64,000 nucleotides of DNA, taken from positions 11,624-75,623 of the IMG/VR virus record IMGVR_UViG_3300025438_000010; one strand, 5' to 3'. Shown piece after piece: positions 26,694 to 38,500 of the stretch. A program made the position numbers and the translations under genes. The stretch comes from a virus. Positions within the stretch are counted from its first letter, which is position 1; every line of letters begins with the position of its first letter. The notes below the pieces were generated by a model. That model was not told the origin of the DNA. It saw nothing but the letters and a program-made list of their open reading frames with translations, and made no database searches.

Positions 26694-28523
26694 GTGGGCA
26701 TATACACTCGAGGCGAGTCTGATGACTCCACCCCGACTCCCCCAAAAGCTAAAAGCCAGGGCATCAGGACCTCCGGCAAAAACAGTTCCCGGTCTACTCA
26801 GTATGTAGTCAACAAAAAAGTTCCGCAGCCTTCGGCATTCTCTAATCTTTTCATTGCCAACTCTCCAGCGTCGTCTGTTCCCTATAACTACCCTCGCTCG
26901 ATGACAGCGGCTGCTGCTCAAATGAAGGTCAACGACCGCGCTGAGTTTGAGCAGTTTAAGTCTCGCCGCTCCGCTTCTTCCAGCGCTTGGCAGTCTGAGG
27001 CCTGGGAATATTACGACGCAATCGGGGAAATTAAATACGCTTTTAATCTTGTTTCATCAGTAATCTCCAGAATCCGCATTTATTCAGCAACTGTTGACGA
27101 CCCCAGCCAGGCTCCCATCTCAGTACACGAGTCTGGAACAATTGAAGCCAACCTTGCTTCTGCTGCAGAGCGTGCTCTAGCCCGTCTTAGCTCTGCGTAC
27201 GGCGGACAGGCTGGTCTTTTGAGAGACGCCGCCTTGAACATCTCTGTCACAGGTGAGTGCTATCTCGTCCAGTTCCCAGCTCGCATTGGCTCCGGGGAAC
27301 CAGAGTCCTGGGACGTAAGATCCGTTGATGAAGTCCTTCCTGACTCTAAAGGTAACTTTGCTGTAGCCGGACGCCGTGAGCAGCTTAGTGGCCAGGGGGC
27401 TTCTCAGGGAATGGGACTGTACCCACTTCCTAAGTCAGCTTTTGTTGGGCGCATTTGGCGATCACACCCTCGCTTTTCCGATGAAGCAGACAGCTCCTTG
27501 CGCGGTCTTCTTGACCTGTGTGCTGAGCTTCTTTTGCTCAACCGCACATTCCGTGCAACAGCTCGTTCACGTCTTAACGCCGGTGCTCTCTACCTGCCAG
27601 ACGGACTTTCCGTTGCCGCCCAGGCTGACCCTAACTACCCCTTTGATGATGAAGATGGCATGGGCGCTTCGTTTACACCTGAAGAGGCAGAAGACGAGTT
27701 CGAAGAGCAACTGATTGACGCAATGACGACCCCCATCAGGGATGAAGAGTCTGCAAGCGCCGTTGTTCCTTTGATTATCCGTGGACCTGCCGAGCTTGGT
27801 GACGCAATCAAGCAGTTCAAGTTTGAGCGTTCCTTCGACCCAGCACTGGCTGAGCGTTCGGACCGCGTCCTTGAGCGCATCATGCAGGGCCTTGACGTTC
27901 CTAAGGACGTCGTTTCGGGAATGGCGAACGTTAAGTACTCCAACGCCCTACAAATCGACGAGAGCCTCTACAAGGCGCACATTGAGCCTTTGATGCTTCT
28001 TATTGTCGACGCGCTTACGGCTGTCTACCTTCGCCCCTACCTTATTGCTCAGGGGTACCCAGAAGTTGACGTAAACCGTCTTGTTGTTTGGTATGACCCC
28101 AGCGCTGTCTCTACTCGTAATGACCGAGCAACAGACGCAGACGCAGGGTTTGACCGGGGAGCAATCAGTTACGACACCTGGCGACGGGCTCATGGCTTCT
28201 CCGACCAAGACGCACCCAAGCCTACCGAGGTAGCCCTCCGGATGCTCCAAGAGCGCGGAGTTATCACGCCTGAGCTTACCGAGGCACTTCTTGGTGTGGT
28301 TGCGCCTGATGTCATGGAAGCGGTCCGTGGTGCCTCTCAGGGCGCTTCCGCAGGCCCCATCCCCCCTGAGCTAGAGCAAATACTGCAACAGGCAGCTGGC
28401 GGAGCCCCCGCAGACCCGGCTGCTGAAGAGTCAGAAGCTCCGGCAGCTCCCCAGGAGGAATCACCCGGAGCGCAGGCCGGGCAAGAGCCTCCAGGCCTGG
28501 GTATTCCCGAGGTAGCCCCGTAA
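26694..28523 (+). CDS. portal protein
   Basis: WQSEAWEYYDAIGEIKYA, NISVTGECYL, HPRFSDEADS motifs typical of actinophage portals; position at start of head module. Confidence 0.85.
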   Translation: MGIYTRGESDDSTPTPPKAKSQGIRTSGKNSSRSTQYVVNKKVPQPSAFSNLFIANSPASSVPYNYPRSMTAAAAQMKVNDRAEFEQFKSRRSASSSAWQSEAWEYYDAIGEIKYAFNLVSSVISRIRIYSATVDDPSQAPISVHESGTIEANLASAAERALARLSSAYGGQAGLLRDAALNISVTGECYLVQFPARIGSGEPESWDVRSVDEVLPDSKGNFAVAGRREQLSGQGASQGMGLYPLPKSAFVGRIWRSHPRFSDEADSSLRGLLDLCAELLLLNRTFRATARSRLNAGALYLPDGLSVAAQADPNYPFDDEDGMGASFTPEEAEDEFEEQLIDAMTTPIRDEESASAVVPLIIRGPAELGDAIKQFKFERSFDPALAERSDRVLERIMQGLDVPKDVVSGMANVKYSNALQIDESLYKAHIEPLMLLIVDALTAVYLRPYLIAQGYPEVDVNRLVVWYDPSAVSTRNDRATDADAGFDRGAISYDTWRRAHGFSDQDAPKPTEVALRMLQERGVITPELTEALLGVVAPDVMEAVRGASQGASAGPIPPELEQILQQAAGGAPADPAAEESEAPAAPQEESPGAQAGQEPPGLGIPEVAP

Positions 28524-29575
28524 TGGCAGACCCAAAAGAGGTATACGCAGCTCTTCACAAGACTGAAGAGCTTCTTGCCGAGATGCGCAAAGAGGCCCGG
28601 GAGCTTTCTACTAAGAAAACGGGAGCAGGAACCCCGGCTCCTAAGAAAGATCGGGTCAAGGGGTCTAAGAAAAACCCCAAAGGTTCTGCATCCGGGGATA
28701 AAAAAATTACTTTTGACGCCAAAACTGAGACAGCCATTAAAAACAAGGTTGAAGAGCACAACAAGACCGCTAAAAAGGGCCGTAAGGCCACCACAAGGAT
28801 GCTCAAGGCAGTCTACCGCCGTGGAGCTGGTGCCTACAGTACCTCACACCGCCCCGGAAAGACTCGCAATCAGTGGGCAATGGCTCGAGTAAACGCTTTC
28901 CTCAAGCTTTTGCGCTCTGGAAAGCCCTCCAAGGCTGCTTACACTCAGGATAACGACCTTCTTCCCGCTGCACACCCTAAGTCTTCAAAGAAAAGCGCTT
29001 CTACCCTTACTGCATCGGGGCTGATACCCGAAGAGCAAGCCTTAGCAGATGCTTTGGCGGAGGTTGTAGCAGTCCACGGCAAGTTTGACCAAGACGGTGA
29101 CGGCGTTTGGGCGGGCTACACTCCCGCAAACGAAAACGAAGACGCCGCAATTGGCGTTAAGTGTTCAAACTGCGTTTTTTACCAAGGCGGAGACCAGTGC
29201 GGAATCATCAGTCTCAGTGTTGAACCAGAGGGCAAGTGCCGCTTTGCTGTTTTGCCCGAGGGGGCCGTCCAGGGAGACAAAGTCCCCCTTCGAGACCCCG
29301 AGTCTCTCGATCTTTTGCTTGCCTCTGCGGACGCTTCCGGCGAGTTGGCCATCTCACTAAAGGACTATTCAGAGTATAATTCTGTAGAAGAAACAGTCAT
29401 CGCTTTAACAGAGGCTTCGGGTATGGGATACGACGCAGAATTTGCCATTAAGGCGGCTTGGATGCGTGCAGTTAGAAACGGAGAAGACCCGTTTGAGCGG
29501 GCAAAGCAGCTTGCGCTAAACCCCGCTGGTAGCCTTGATGTACACCTTCTTCCTGCAGACTGGGAGGACAGGTAG
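28523..29575 (+). CDS. head-associated multidomain protein (basic WAMARV domain plus HiPIP-like Cys domain)
   Basis: LKAVYRRGAGAY...QWAMARVNAF; CSNC...C...C. Confidence 0.7.
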   Translation: MADPKEVYAALHKTEELLAEMRKEARELSTKKTGAGTPAPKKDRVKGSKKNPKGSASGDKKITFDAKTETAIKNKVEEHNKTAKKGRKATTRMLKAVYRRGAGAYSTSHRPGKTRNQWAMARVNAFLKLLRSGKPSKAAYTQDNDLLPAAHPKSSKKSASTLTASGLIPEEQALADALAEVVAVHGKFDQDGDGVWAGYTPANENEDAAIGVKCSNCVFYQGGDQCGIISLSVEPEGKCRFAVLPEGAVQGDKVPLRDPESLDLLLASADASGELAISLKDYSEYNSVEETVIALTEASGMGYDAEFAIKAAWMRAVRNGEDPFERAKQLALNPAGSLDVHLLPADWEDR

Positions 29576-32500
29576 TGTCTGATAATATTCCCGTCTCCCC
29601 CCTTAACTATCACGGTTCCTTCGAGGACGAGAATAATCAAATTATTGACGCGGCTCTGGAGTTTGCACATGATGCCAACCAGGGCTATACGGGCACCCGG
29701 GTTGCCACAGACGGAGTAGTTCTCGACGTTGCCAGGCGGACTCTCCGGGAACTAGACAACCATCCTTTCTCTGTTCGTAAACATCTTACTTTGACAGATG
29801 TTTCTCACTTTATTGTTTTGCTTCAGAAAGACAAGGCTGTTACCGCCTCGGTCCAGCACACCGATCTTCTCCCCGTTGCCCACCCTCGGTCTTCCGCAGA
29901 GCACGAGCTGAGTAACCAAGATCTGTTCGCCGCCAAAGCCCGCTGGATTGCCGACGACCCGTCTATTAAAGACGAGGAAACTCGTGCCATGGTTGCCTCG
30001 ATGCTTACGGCTCCTGAGGGCTCTGCTGAGCGCGAATATTACGCAACCAGGCTTGAGAACAGCCCCCAGGGGGCTATTCCTGTAAGAGCCTTGATTGCGG
30101 CGTTTACCGGCGGCCTAGGCGCTAACAAGGGTTACTGGATGCGCCAGCGTCGTGACCGTAAGGGTCGCTTTGCTTTCGAGGGCGGTGGCCTTAGTGTATT
30201 GGTCAAGGGCAGCACAGGTGCTGTTCGCAGGCTGACTGGTCGTACTGTTGGTCCGGGTGTTGGTGAAAAAAATGACTATTTTGATATGGAAGTTTCTCCC
30301 GGAAGCCTTGTCCGTGTTCCAGCATCTGCAACCGAGTCTTCTAAAGCGTACTTGCCTAGCCCAAACGCCCCGGACGGATACAGCCCTCAAAAGGCTCGGG
30401 TCCAAGCTGGCGACCCCGTCATCGACGAAAAAGACTTAATTCGTCCTGATGCTCCCAGTGGCTTTAATAAAGTTGCCGACGGAGCTGATGTCGACTCTCC
30501 CGAGGAAAAAGAGTACTATGGCGAAGACGCCGACTTTGGTACAGTGTACGAAGACGAAAATTATACTGTCCGGCAGTTTGACTCAGGGTCTTCCCCCGTT
30601 GCCCGAGACAATTTTAACTTGGCTCAGGAAGCCGAGCAGTCTTGTGGGCTCACCGCAGCCGGTGAGGGCGATAACTGTCCGATTAAAACTAGTGGCGCTG
30701 GTGAAAACGGAAGCTTTGACCCAGAGAAGCCGGTTTTGTTTGTCAGCCGTACAGACGACGCGAGCAATCCTGACATCTTTGCGGCCTCCCAGAGCTGGGC
30801 GGACACCCTAGACTACATTCGTCAGGATGAGCCTCGGTACGAAGCCGAAGATAGACCAGCCCCTTACATCAAACTTGGTGACCCGAGTAGGCGGGATAAC
30901 CTTGACCCCACTAGGCGCGAAGAGGGCCCACGCGGCCCCGATAATAGAAGAGTCGATCCACACGGCTTTATTATTCCGGATAAACCCGGCCTTATTGATG
31001 GCGGGGGAAGAGTAAGACCTGACGGAACAAGAGAGTTGCTCGAGGGGCGTCGGCCGGACAGCTATCCGATGCGCATCCCCCTCCCGGGCCCCTGGAACCC
31101 CCGCATTCCCGGCACTGGGCGAAGGCCCCGCCCCGGAGGAGGCCGCGCTCCTGGCGGAGGCGGACGCTCTCCCGGAACAGGACGCCGCTGGGGCTCCAAC
31201 GGCCCTAACGAGGGCCACGCTCCCTACCCAATCCCTGGGCGTCGTGTCTACCCCGGCGAAATTGCGGACATGCGCGTTGGATCAGAGATGGAGCAATATC
31301 TCGGAGGATTCCTTTCGACTCTCTTTGGAACAGCAAAAAAGCGACAGCTACGAAAAACTGGTGCTGACGAGTGGGTTGACCTGGAGACCGGAGAGACTTA
31401 CACTAACGATCAAGTCTCAGAGATGGCCGCAACTAGTGGTAAAGATAGTTCTCCTTTTACGGGACTTGCGACAGGACCCGAGGTACGCCCCGGAACATTT
31501 ACTAAAATGATGTCAGGCTCGCTTTTTAGCGAGCTTCCCACCGGCAGTGAGCTTAATGATCACCTAAGACTTTTTAACGTTATGACCCAGTTCCGCAAGG
31601 TTGGGTATAACCAGTGGCGTCGGTGGGACGGCAAAATCTTTACAGATGCTGAGGTGCAAAAAAAGAGCGGCACTATGCAGATTGACCGAGTTGGAGAATT
31701 TGGTCCTGGTAGACCCCCCGGTGGGGAAGTATCAGGAGAATCCTCTAAACCAAGACTCCCCAGAGGTCCACTGACCCCCGAAGAGCTGGCCGAGCTTCGC
31801 CCCGGATCCCTTATTTCTATACCTGGAGAAGACGATCAACCTCCTCGCTTCTTTGTAAAAGTAGGCGAAAACGACTGGCGCGAGATTGACCCAGAGAATT
31901 TTACGTCAGACCCTGCAGTTTCTTTCACTGATGAAGACATTCTCAACATGGGTAAGGACATTACTCTAGAGAAAGAGCCAGAGGCCTACGAACAGGGGCA
32001 ACTAGGCATGCGTCCATCAGATCTTTCTCCTGAGGCCCTGGAAAACCTCCCCGAGGGCACAGTTGTAGGGACTTCAGATGAAGAAATTGATAACCTCAAC
32101 ATTCCCCGGCAGCCCTATGCGACTGAAGAGGCGTACCAAGCAGCCCTAGAAGAAGCCAAAGAGTTTTACCGCCGCAATAGGTGGCGTAAGCGTGGTCCCA
32201 ACGAGTGGGTAAATGACTTTGGTGAGTTTGCTACAGACGCAGATATTGCAGACGGAAAGAAAACTCCTGGACTTATTATCTCTCTCGGCGATGAGGTTAG
32301 CACCCCCGAAGGCTACTACGATTTAAATCGAGAAGAGCTTTACACGCCTACAGGCGGCGCAGAAGGGCAAACCTCACCTGACTTCACCGATGACCCCGCA
32401 GAGCTGGCTCAACGTTTCTCAGAGGAAGAGCTGCAGGCAGCCCTTAAAGAAGCCCTCGAGAACCCCAACGGTTTTGGCTATCTAGAGTTTGCAGAAGGCG

Positions 32501-35500
32501 ACGAGCCGGTGCCTGCAGAAGCACTGTACTATGCCTTGGTTCGTAAGCTCGGTGTCGATGTAGCAGATAAATTTGTCAGCGTCGTTTATGGTGAAGGGCG
32601 AGCCTTTGACGCAGAGACTGAGCTTGCCCGAGAATTCCCCGACATTCTTAGTGATGACCCAGGCAAGCGCCAGGCTGCTCTTATCGAGGCTTGGAACACC
32701 CAATGGGGGCGCTCCAAGTTTGCACTAGATAGAGACGGAAACTTCACTGTTACCGGTAAAGACAATGACAGCATTGCCACTCAGTATCTGCTCGACAAAA
32801 TCAGGGCAGAAGAGTGGGGGCAAGAGTTTCTTAACGACTTCCAAGAGGAGTATGGCGAGGTTCTTAATGACCGCACTAAGGCGGCAATTAAAGATCTTTT
32901 CAAGGCTTATCCAGGACTAGAGAGCTCCGACCCCAAAGAGCGTGAAGCCGCAGTACTCAGGGCTCTAGACGATTTAATTAGTGACGACGAATATGTTGCT
33001 GATGAAGACGGAAACATCGTTGAGGTGAGCCCCAAGACTGCGCTTACTAAACTTTTGTGGGACATGGCTCAAGAGTTTATTGGTGGAACATCCGCCCCTA
33101 CTGGTAGAAAAGAAGAAGGAAATCTTCCTTCCGTGATCGAGGGGGCTTCCGAAGAGGAGAAAGCTGAGTTCGATAAAACAGGTGACCCCACTCCTTTCCT
33201 CCCTAAAGACAACCCCGAGTCCTTTGAAAACGTGTGGAACAACTACTACAACCCACTTCCCGAGCCTTATGACCCCAAAGACGGTCCTGACCAGATCAAT
33301 CCGGTAAATCTTGCTCGTAAATTCACCCCTGATCAGCTGAAAGAGCAGCTTCGCGAGGCCATTCTTGATGGGAGTGGTTACGGTGTCGTTGCTTTCGAGG
33401 GCCCCTCCGGCGAGCCCATTGAGTTCCGAGTCCCAGCCGAAGCGCTGAGGGATGCACTGCAGCTTCAGGGCGAGGATGCAAACGCCTTTATTCAAGATAT
33501 TTTTAACGAAAACCTTTCACCAGCCAAGCAGGTTCAAAAACTTATTGACGAAATTGCTGACCTTAAAGCTAGGCGTGATGCGGAGACAAACTCCACGGAG
33601 AAGGGCAAACTTACTCGACAGATTAACAAGAAGACCGCTGAGATCGGGATGCGCTATAAGGCTATTGTGGCTCTTAAAAAGCGCGAGGCCCAGCTAGACC
33701 GTCTATCCAAGCAGAGCAGCTTGTCTGACGAAGAGCGCCAGCAGGTTCTGGACAAACTTGAGCAGGTTCGAGCACGTCGGGAGCAAGAAGAAGGCATCTT
33801 CAATGGAGACCTAGAGCAGGGCGAAAGCATGACCCCGTTCGAGGAAAATGTAGATGCTGAGCTTGAGAAGTTTGACTTTGAGCAGGCCTCTACTCGTACG
33901 CCAGTCGAGCCCCCTGCAGCTGAATCTCCTGAAACGGTAGAAAAGGATAAGCCTAAGCCCGTTGTCTCCTACAAGAGGGTAGGCAACAAAGTATTCATCA
34001 GACAGCGGACTGGTCGCGTTATCACCAACAACCCTGAGTTTAAAGAGTTTATTAAGGAAAACGGTTTTGTCTACGACTCTAAAGTAGACAAGGTGTTTGA
34101 AATTTCTGAAATGGATGACACTGAATTTAACGAATTTATGCGTACCGTTCGTGACCGGTTCGGTATTAGTCTTGAGCCCGAGAAGGGTCAAGAAGCCATT
34201 GACTTTGATGCCTCGCCTTCACCTACTCCTCGCCCCGTGCCCAGCCCAGCTGAGTTTGGAAAGTCCCCCAATAGTGCGTCTATTATCGAGTCTCTTCAGC
34301 GCCGAATTGCGGATATTCAAGAATTTGTTAGAAAAAAAGTTGTCCCACTTCTGCGCTCCGATAAAAGTGACGAGAGCCGGCAGGGACAGCAGCTTAATCG
34401 CAGAGCAGAGAACATTACTCGTAAGCTTAAGAATCGGATTAGTCGTCATCAAGATGAGGCACCAGTCGGCAAGGATGCTCGTGACCCCCGTGTCCTCAAC
34501 ATCCGCCCTACGGACTACCAAGTAGGGGATGTCTTTGTAGACGATTTGTTCACTGTTGATCGAATTGAAGTATCAGAGCCCATCACAGACCGGCAAAGTC
34601 CCTACTTTGGTGAGCGCGAAATTGTCTACTTCGGGCACTACCCGGGTGGCGTGGAGCAAATGAAAAAGCGCCCGGAGAACTTCAGAACCGATGGAGTTTA
34701 CCGAGGCTTAGGGTCACCTGCTGGGGGGGACCTGCCCGCCCTGAATTCTCCCAAGGGTGAGGAGTATCTCCCCGAGGCAGCTCGTAATCAGCCTAGAGGA
34801 AATCTGGAGCAGATTGAGCGAGAGCCTCTTGACGGCCGCGAGAGACGGAATCTTTATGGTCCTAAGCAAAGAGACTTCCCCGAAGAACACGACAAATTCC
34901 TTAGAGACTATGAAAAGTACGAAGCTGACCTAGCGGAAAGAAGGGCTAGCTGGTCTCCCCCGGCTCCTTCTGGTGAAACACGACCCACCACTACATCAGA
35001 AGGCCAAGGAGCTCCAACTCCTGGTCCTCGCCCCAAGATTGTAACCGGGTCTGACGAAGCTCAAAACTTGAAGCCCGGGGATATTACATACAGGGAAAAC
35101 CCAGACGGCTCTCTTGAGTTTTTTGTTGTCCAAACTGTTGAAAACCGTAAGGTAAAGACCGGGACTAAGACTGTTACGCAGGAGGCCCCCGAAGCCCCTC
35201 AGGTCGTAGACACTGAGACGGCCCAATCGGCTCTTGACGAGGCCGTCAGGCGCTACCCCGAGCTGGGGGAGGATGATCCGGCTAGACGGAAACGTGCGTA
35301 CGCCAAACTTATCGGAGAGTTTTACGCAGAGGCCCAGCAGGCTGGAGAAGCCCGTAAAGAAGGTAAAGACTATGTTCCACTGGAGGGCCCTTTAGGAGAG
35401 CGCTTTGGTTGGCTGCTTAGTCAGCGAGAACGAGTTGTCGCAGGTGAGCCCCTTAGTGTAGAAGAAGTGGTTCCAGGCGAGCCTCGAGAAATTGAAGAAG

Positions 35501-38500
35501 ATGTTTTCGAAGAAAAAACATTTGTAACTGGTTACCACCCAGGGCACGAAATTCAAGAAAAGTCTTGGAGCCCCCAGACTACTATTAATTACGTCAGAGG
35601 TGAGACTGGTCTTCCCCCGGCTGGGGATAAGCCAGCTGTTCCCGGAAAAACAGATATCTACGCTTCTACTTCCAACAAAGCGGAGCGTGCGAGGCTCCTA
35701 GCAGAGAGAGAATCCACCCTTTCTGAGTCATCAAAGCTCTACGCTCTTGACTCTGCTGCTAAAGTCAACGCTGTCCCGAGTAAAGTTAAAAACCCCAATA
35801 GTTTTGTGATGATTGGAAAGTTTGTTCCGGCTTTCTTTGGGAAAAAGATTTTGGACCTTGTCCGTGGTAAGACTGGCAAGGAAATTAAAGAAGAGCTGAA
35901 GAGCAAGAGGGTTGTGTTCCTTGACTTTGAAAGTGTTGGTAAGGGATTTGATAGACGAAACCCAGATGCCCCAATTCAGGTCGCGGCGGTTGTCTACGAA
36001 AACGGTCAAGAAACTGGTCGTAAGGTTCTCTTTATCAACCCCGGTGAGCGCCTTGGCGGGTATTACTACGAGGCCTACCCTAAGAAAGACCAAGATGCTG
36101 CTCCTGGTGATGTCACCCCCGGAAAACTGCCAGACGGCTCACGTGTAGGACAAATTGTTGGCGATGAGCTTATTACCTACACAAGGCAGGGAGCGCGTTG
36201 GGTTAATGATGCCAACTCCGAGGATGTTTTAAACACAACCCAGCTAAAAACCCGCTCTTCTGAAACTCTAAAGCTAAACGAAGAAGGACAGCCCACTCTA
36301 AGAGGTAATCGTCTTCGTGATTCTGACGGTAATCCCATCACTGATGAGTTTTTGTCCTCGCAAAAGGGACTCGAGGAGTCCTTCCGCGAGCTGATTGACT
36401 TTATCGGGGAAGATGCATACCTCTCCGCTTTTAACGCCGATTTCGACATTAATTTATTGGATAGTTTTGCGGAGCGTTTAGGGCTTGACTTCCGCAGTGA
36501 CGGGTTTATCGACCCTCTAGCCCTGGCCCGGGCCCTCAATCCAGATGACTCTGTCCCCAACAACCTTCCCTCGGTCGCAACCAGATACGGGATTATTAGG
36601 GACCCAGATGACTGGCACAACGCTGAGATTGACGTTGAGGTTCTTCCAGATCTTCTGGACAAAATGCTTGATGAAGTAACCCCCGACAACTCTGTTCTTG
36701 ACGCAGACAAAAGAGCAGCCGAGTATGAGAACGGGATTCGCAGATATTTTGAACAGCTAGACCAGTGGGAGGCCCAAGAGGGGATTACACCTAGGTCGCC
36801 CGCGCCGGTAGAAGCCCAAGAGGAGCCTACACCTACACCTACACCTACACCTGCTCCTGCTCCTGCGCCTCAGGGCGAAGACACCTCTTCAGATCAAGAA
36901 ATTGATGCTATGGGGATCGGGGCCAACCCTCGCTCTATATTTGGTGACACAATAAATGAAGAGTGGATTGCAGACGAAGAAAACACTATCGTTGTGGCCA
37001 ATAGTGCTAGCAATGTCAGAGACCTGCGGATTGGTGACTTTTTCGGAGATCAAAACGGAGAGTACAACGAGCTTCTTGTAGTAGAGACAGATCCCATCAC
37101 CGGCAGGGAGACATTTACTTACCGAAATGTCAACACAGGAGAGATTTTTAGGGCTTTTGGGGCTCCAGGGTCTCAGGCGCGGGTGGGTACAGATCAAATG
37201 CCTTTGCGCAGGCGATCCGAACTAGACGGGCTGAGTAACGCTGAAATTCTAGGTCTTTTAAATAATCGCGCACGTAGAGACTCTCTAAATATGGCCGTCC
37301 CTGAGGTTCAATTTGAAGACGGGGCAAGTAGGGCTGTTTCTAAAGCTATTGACGACTTTATTAACGAAGGTCGTGGAGACGCCTCCGTCTCGGACGGCTT
37401 GCCTGCTCGCGAGACAAGTGCCATGCACACCGATAAAAACGGATTTGCTCTTGCCGTAGACGACCTTGTCTATAACCCTAAGACAGGTACTACACATAAA
37501 GTAACCCAAACTTACCCAACGTACTCTAAAAATGAATACGTTAACTACGTTCGAATAAGTTTTATTAATTCCAAAGGCCAGGCCGACTCTAAGCCTATGG
37601 CGTCCGACAAACTTGAACTGATCAATCCCCCTGCTCAGGAAGAGGCCCTTTCGCCTCTGTCAGATGTTTTTGGCGAGCAGGTCGTTATCGGAGGTAAGAA
37701 AGAAAAGCCTAGAGATCCAATTTTAATTGCTCGCACAATAGAGCGACTTATGGGCTACCTGAACCCCGGGCCAGGATATATTCGTCCGATTGGCAATGCC
37801 ATTAAGGCGGCTATTAAAGCCTATAGAAATAATGATTTTGCATCTGCTGAACGCTTTGCGGGGGCGGCAGTAGACTACGCTGACTCCATAGAAGCCCCAA
37901 AAATCACTGTTGAAGACATCAAAAACCAGGTTGCTGACAGAGCAAGAGGTCTTGCTGGCCTGATTCAGCTGCCTGAGACAGGTCCTGCACCCAGGGAGGC
38001 CTTTGCTGAAGCCGTTGGTCTGTACAACACCGGGAAGTATGCCCAGGCTCGCAGGAAGCTTGACACGGTGGAAGATCTACTCTGGAACGAGGCAGAAGAA
38101 GCTCGTCAATCTGCAGGTCGCTCACCGCAAACTGCTGTTAAAAAGTTTATTGATGGAGTTGGAGAACTAGAATCTGCGATTGATGCTCCCCTAACCAGAG
38201 AATATTTTGCTCGGCTACTCCGAGATGCTCAACGCAAAGACTATGATTTTGAAAATAAAGAGGGGATTATTCAAGAGGCACTTCAAGCCATTAGAGACGG
38301 ATTTATTATCCCCGGATATCAAGTTCTTGAAAGACTTGCTCGCACCAGAGAACGCCAGCTTGATCAAAAAAATCCAAAGCGGAGAAAGCTTGGAGAAGAA
38401 AGCTATACTCAGCGGCTCACAGCTGAGATTAACTCTGACGTTGCTGAGAAGCCGGGGTCCTCTGCAGATGAATTAGCGGAGACAGGGACACCCGAAGAGG

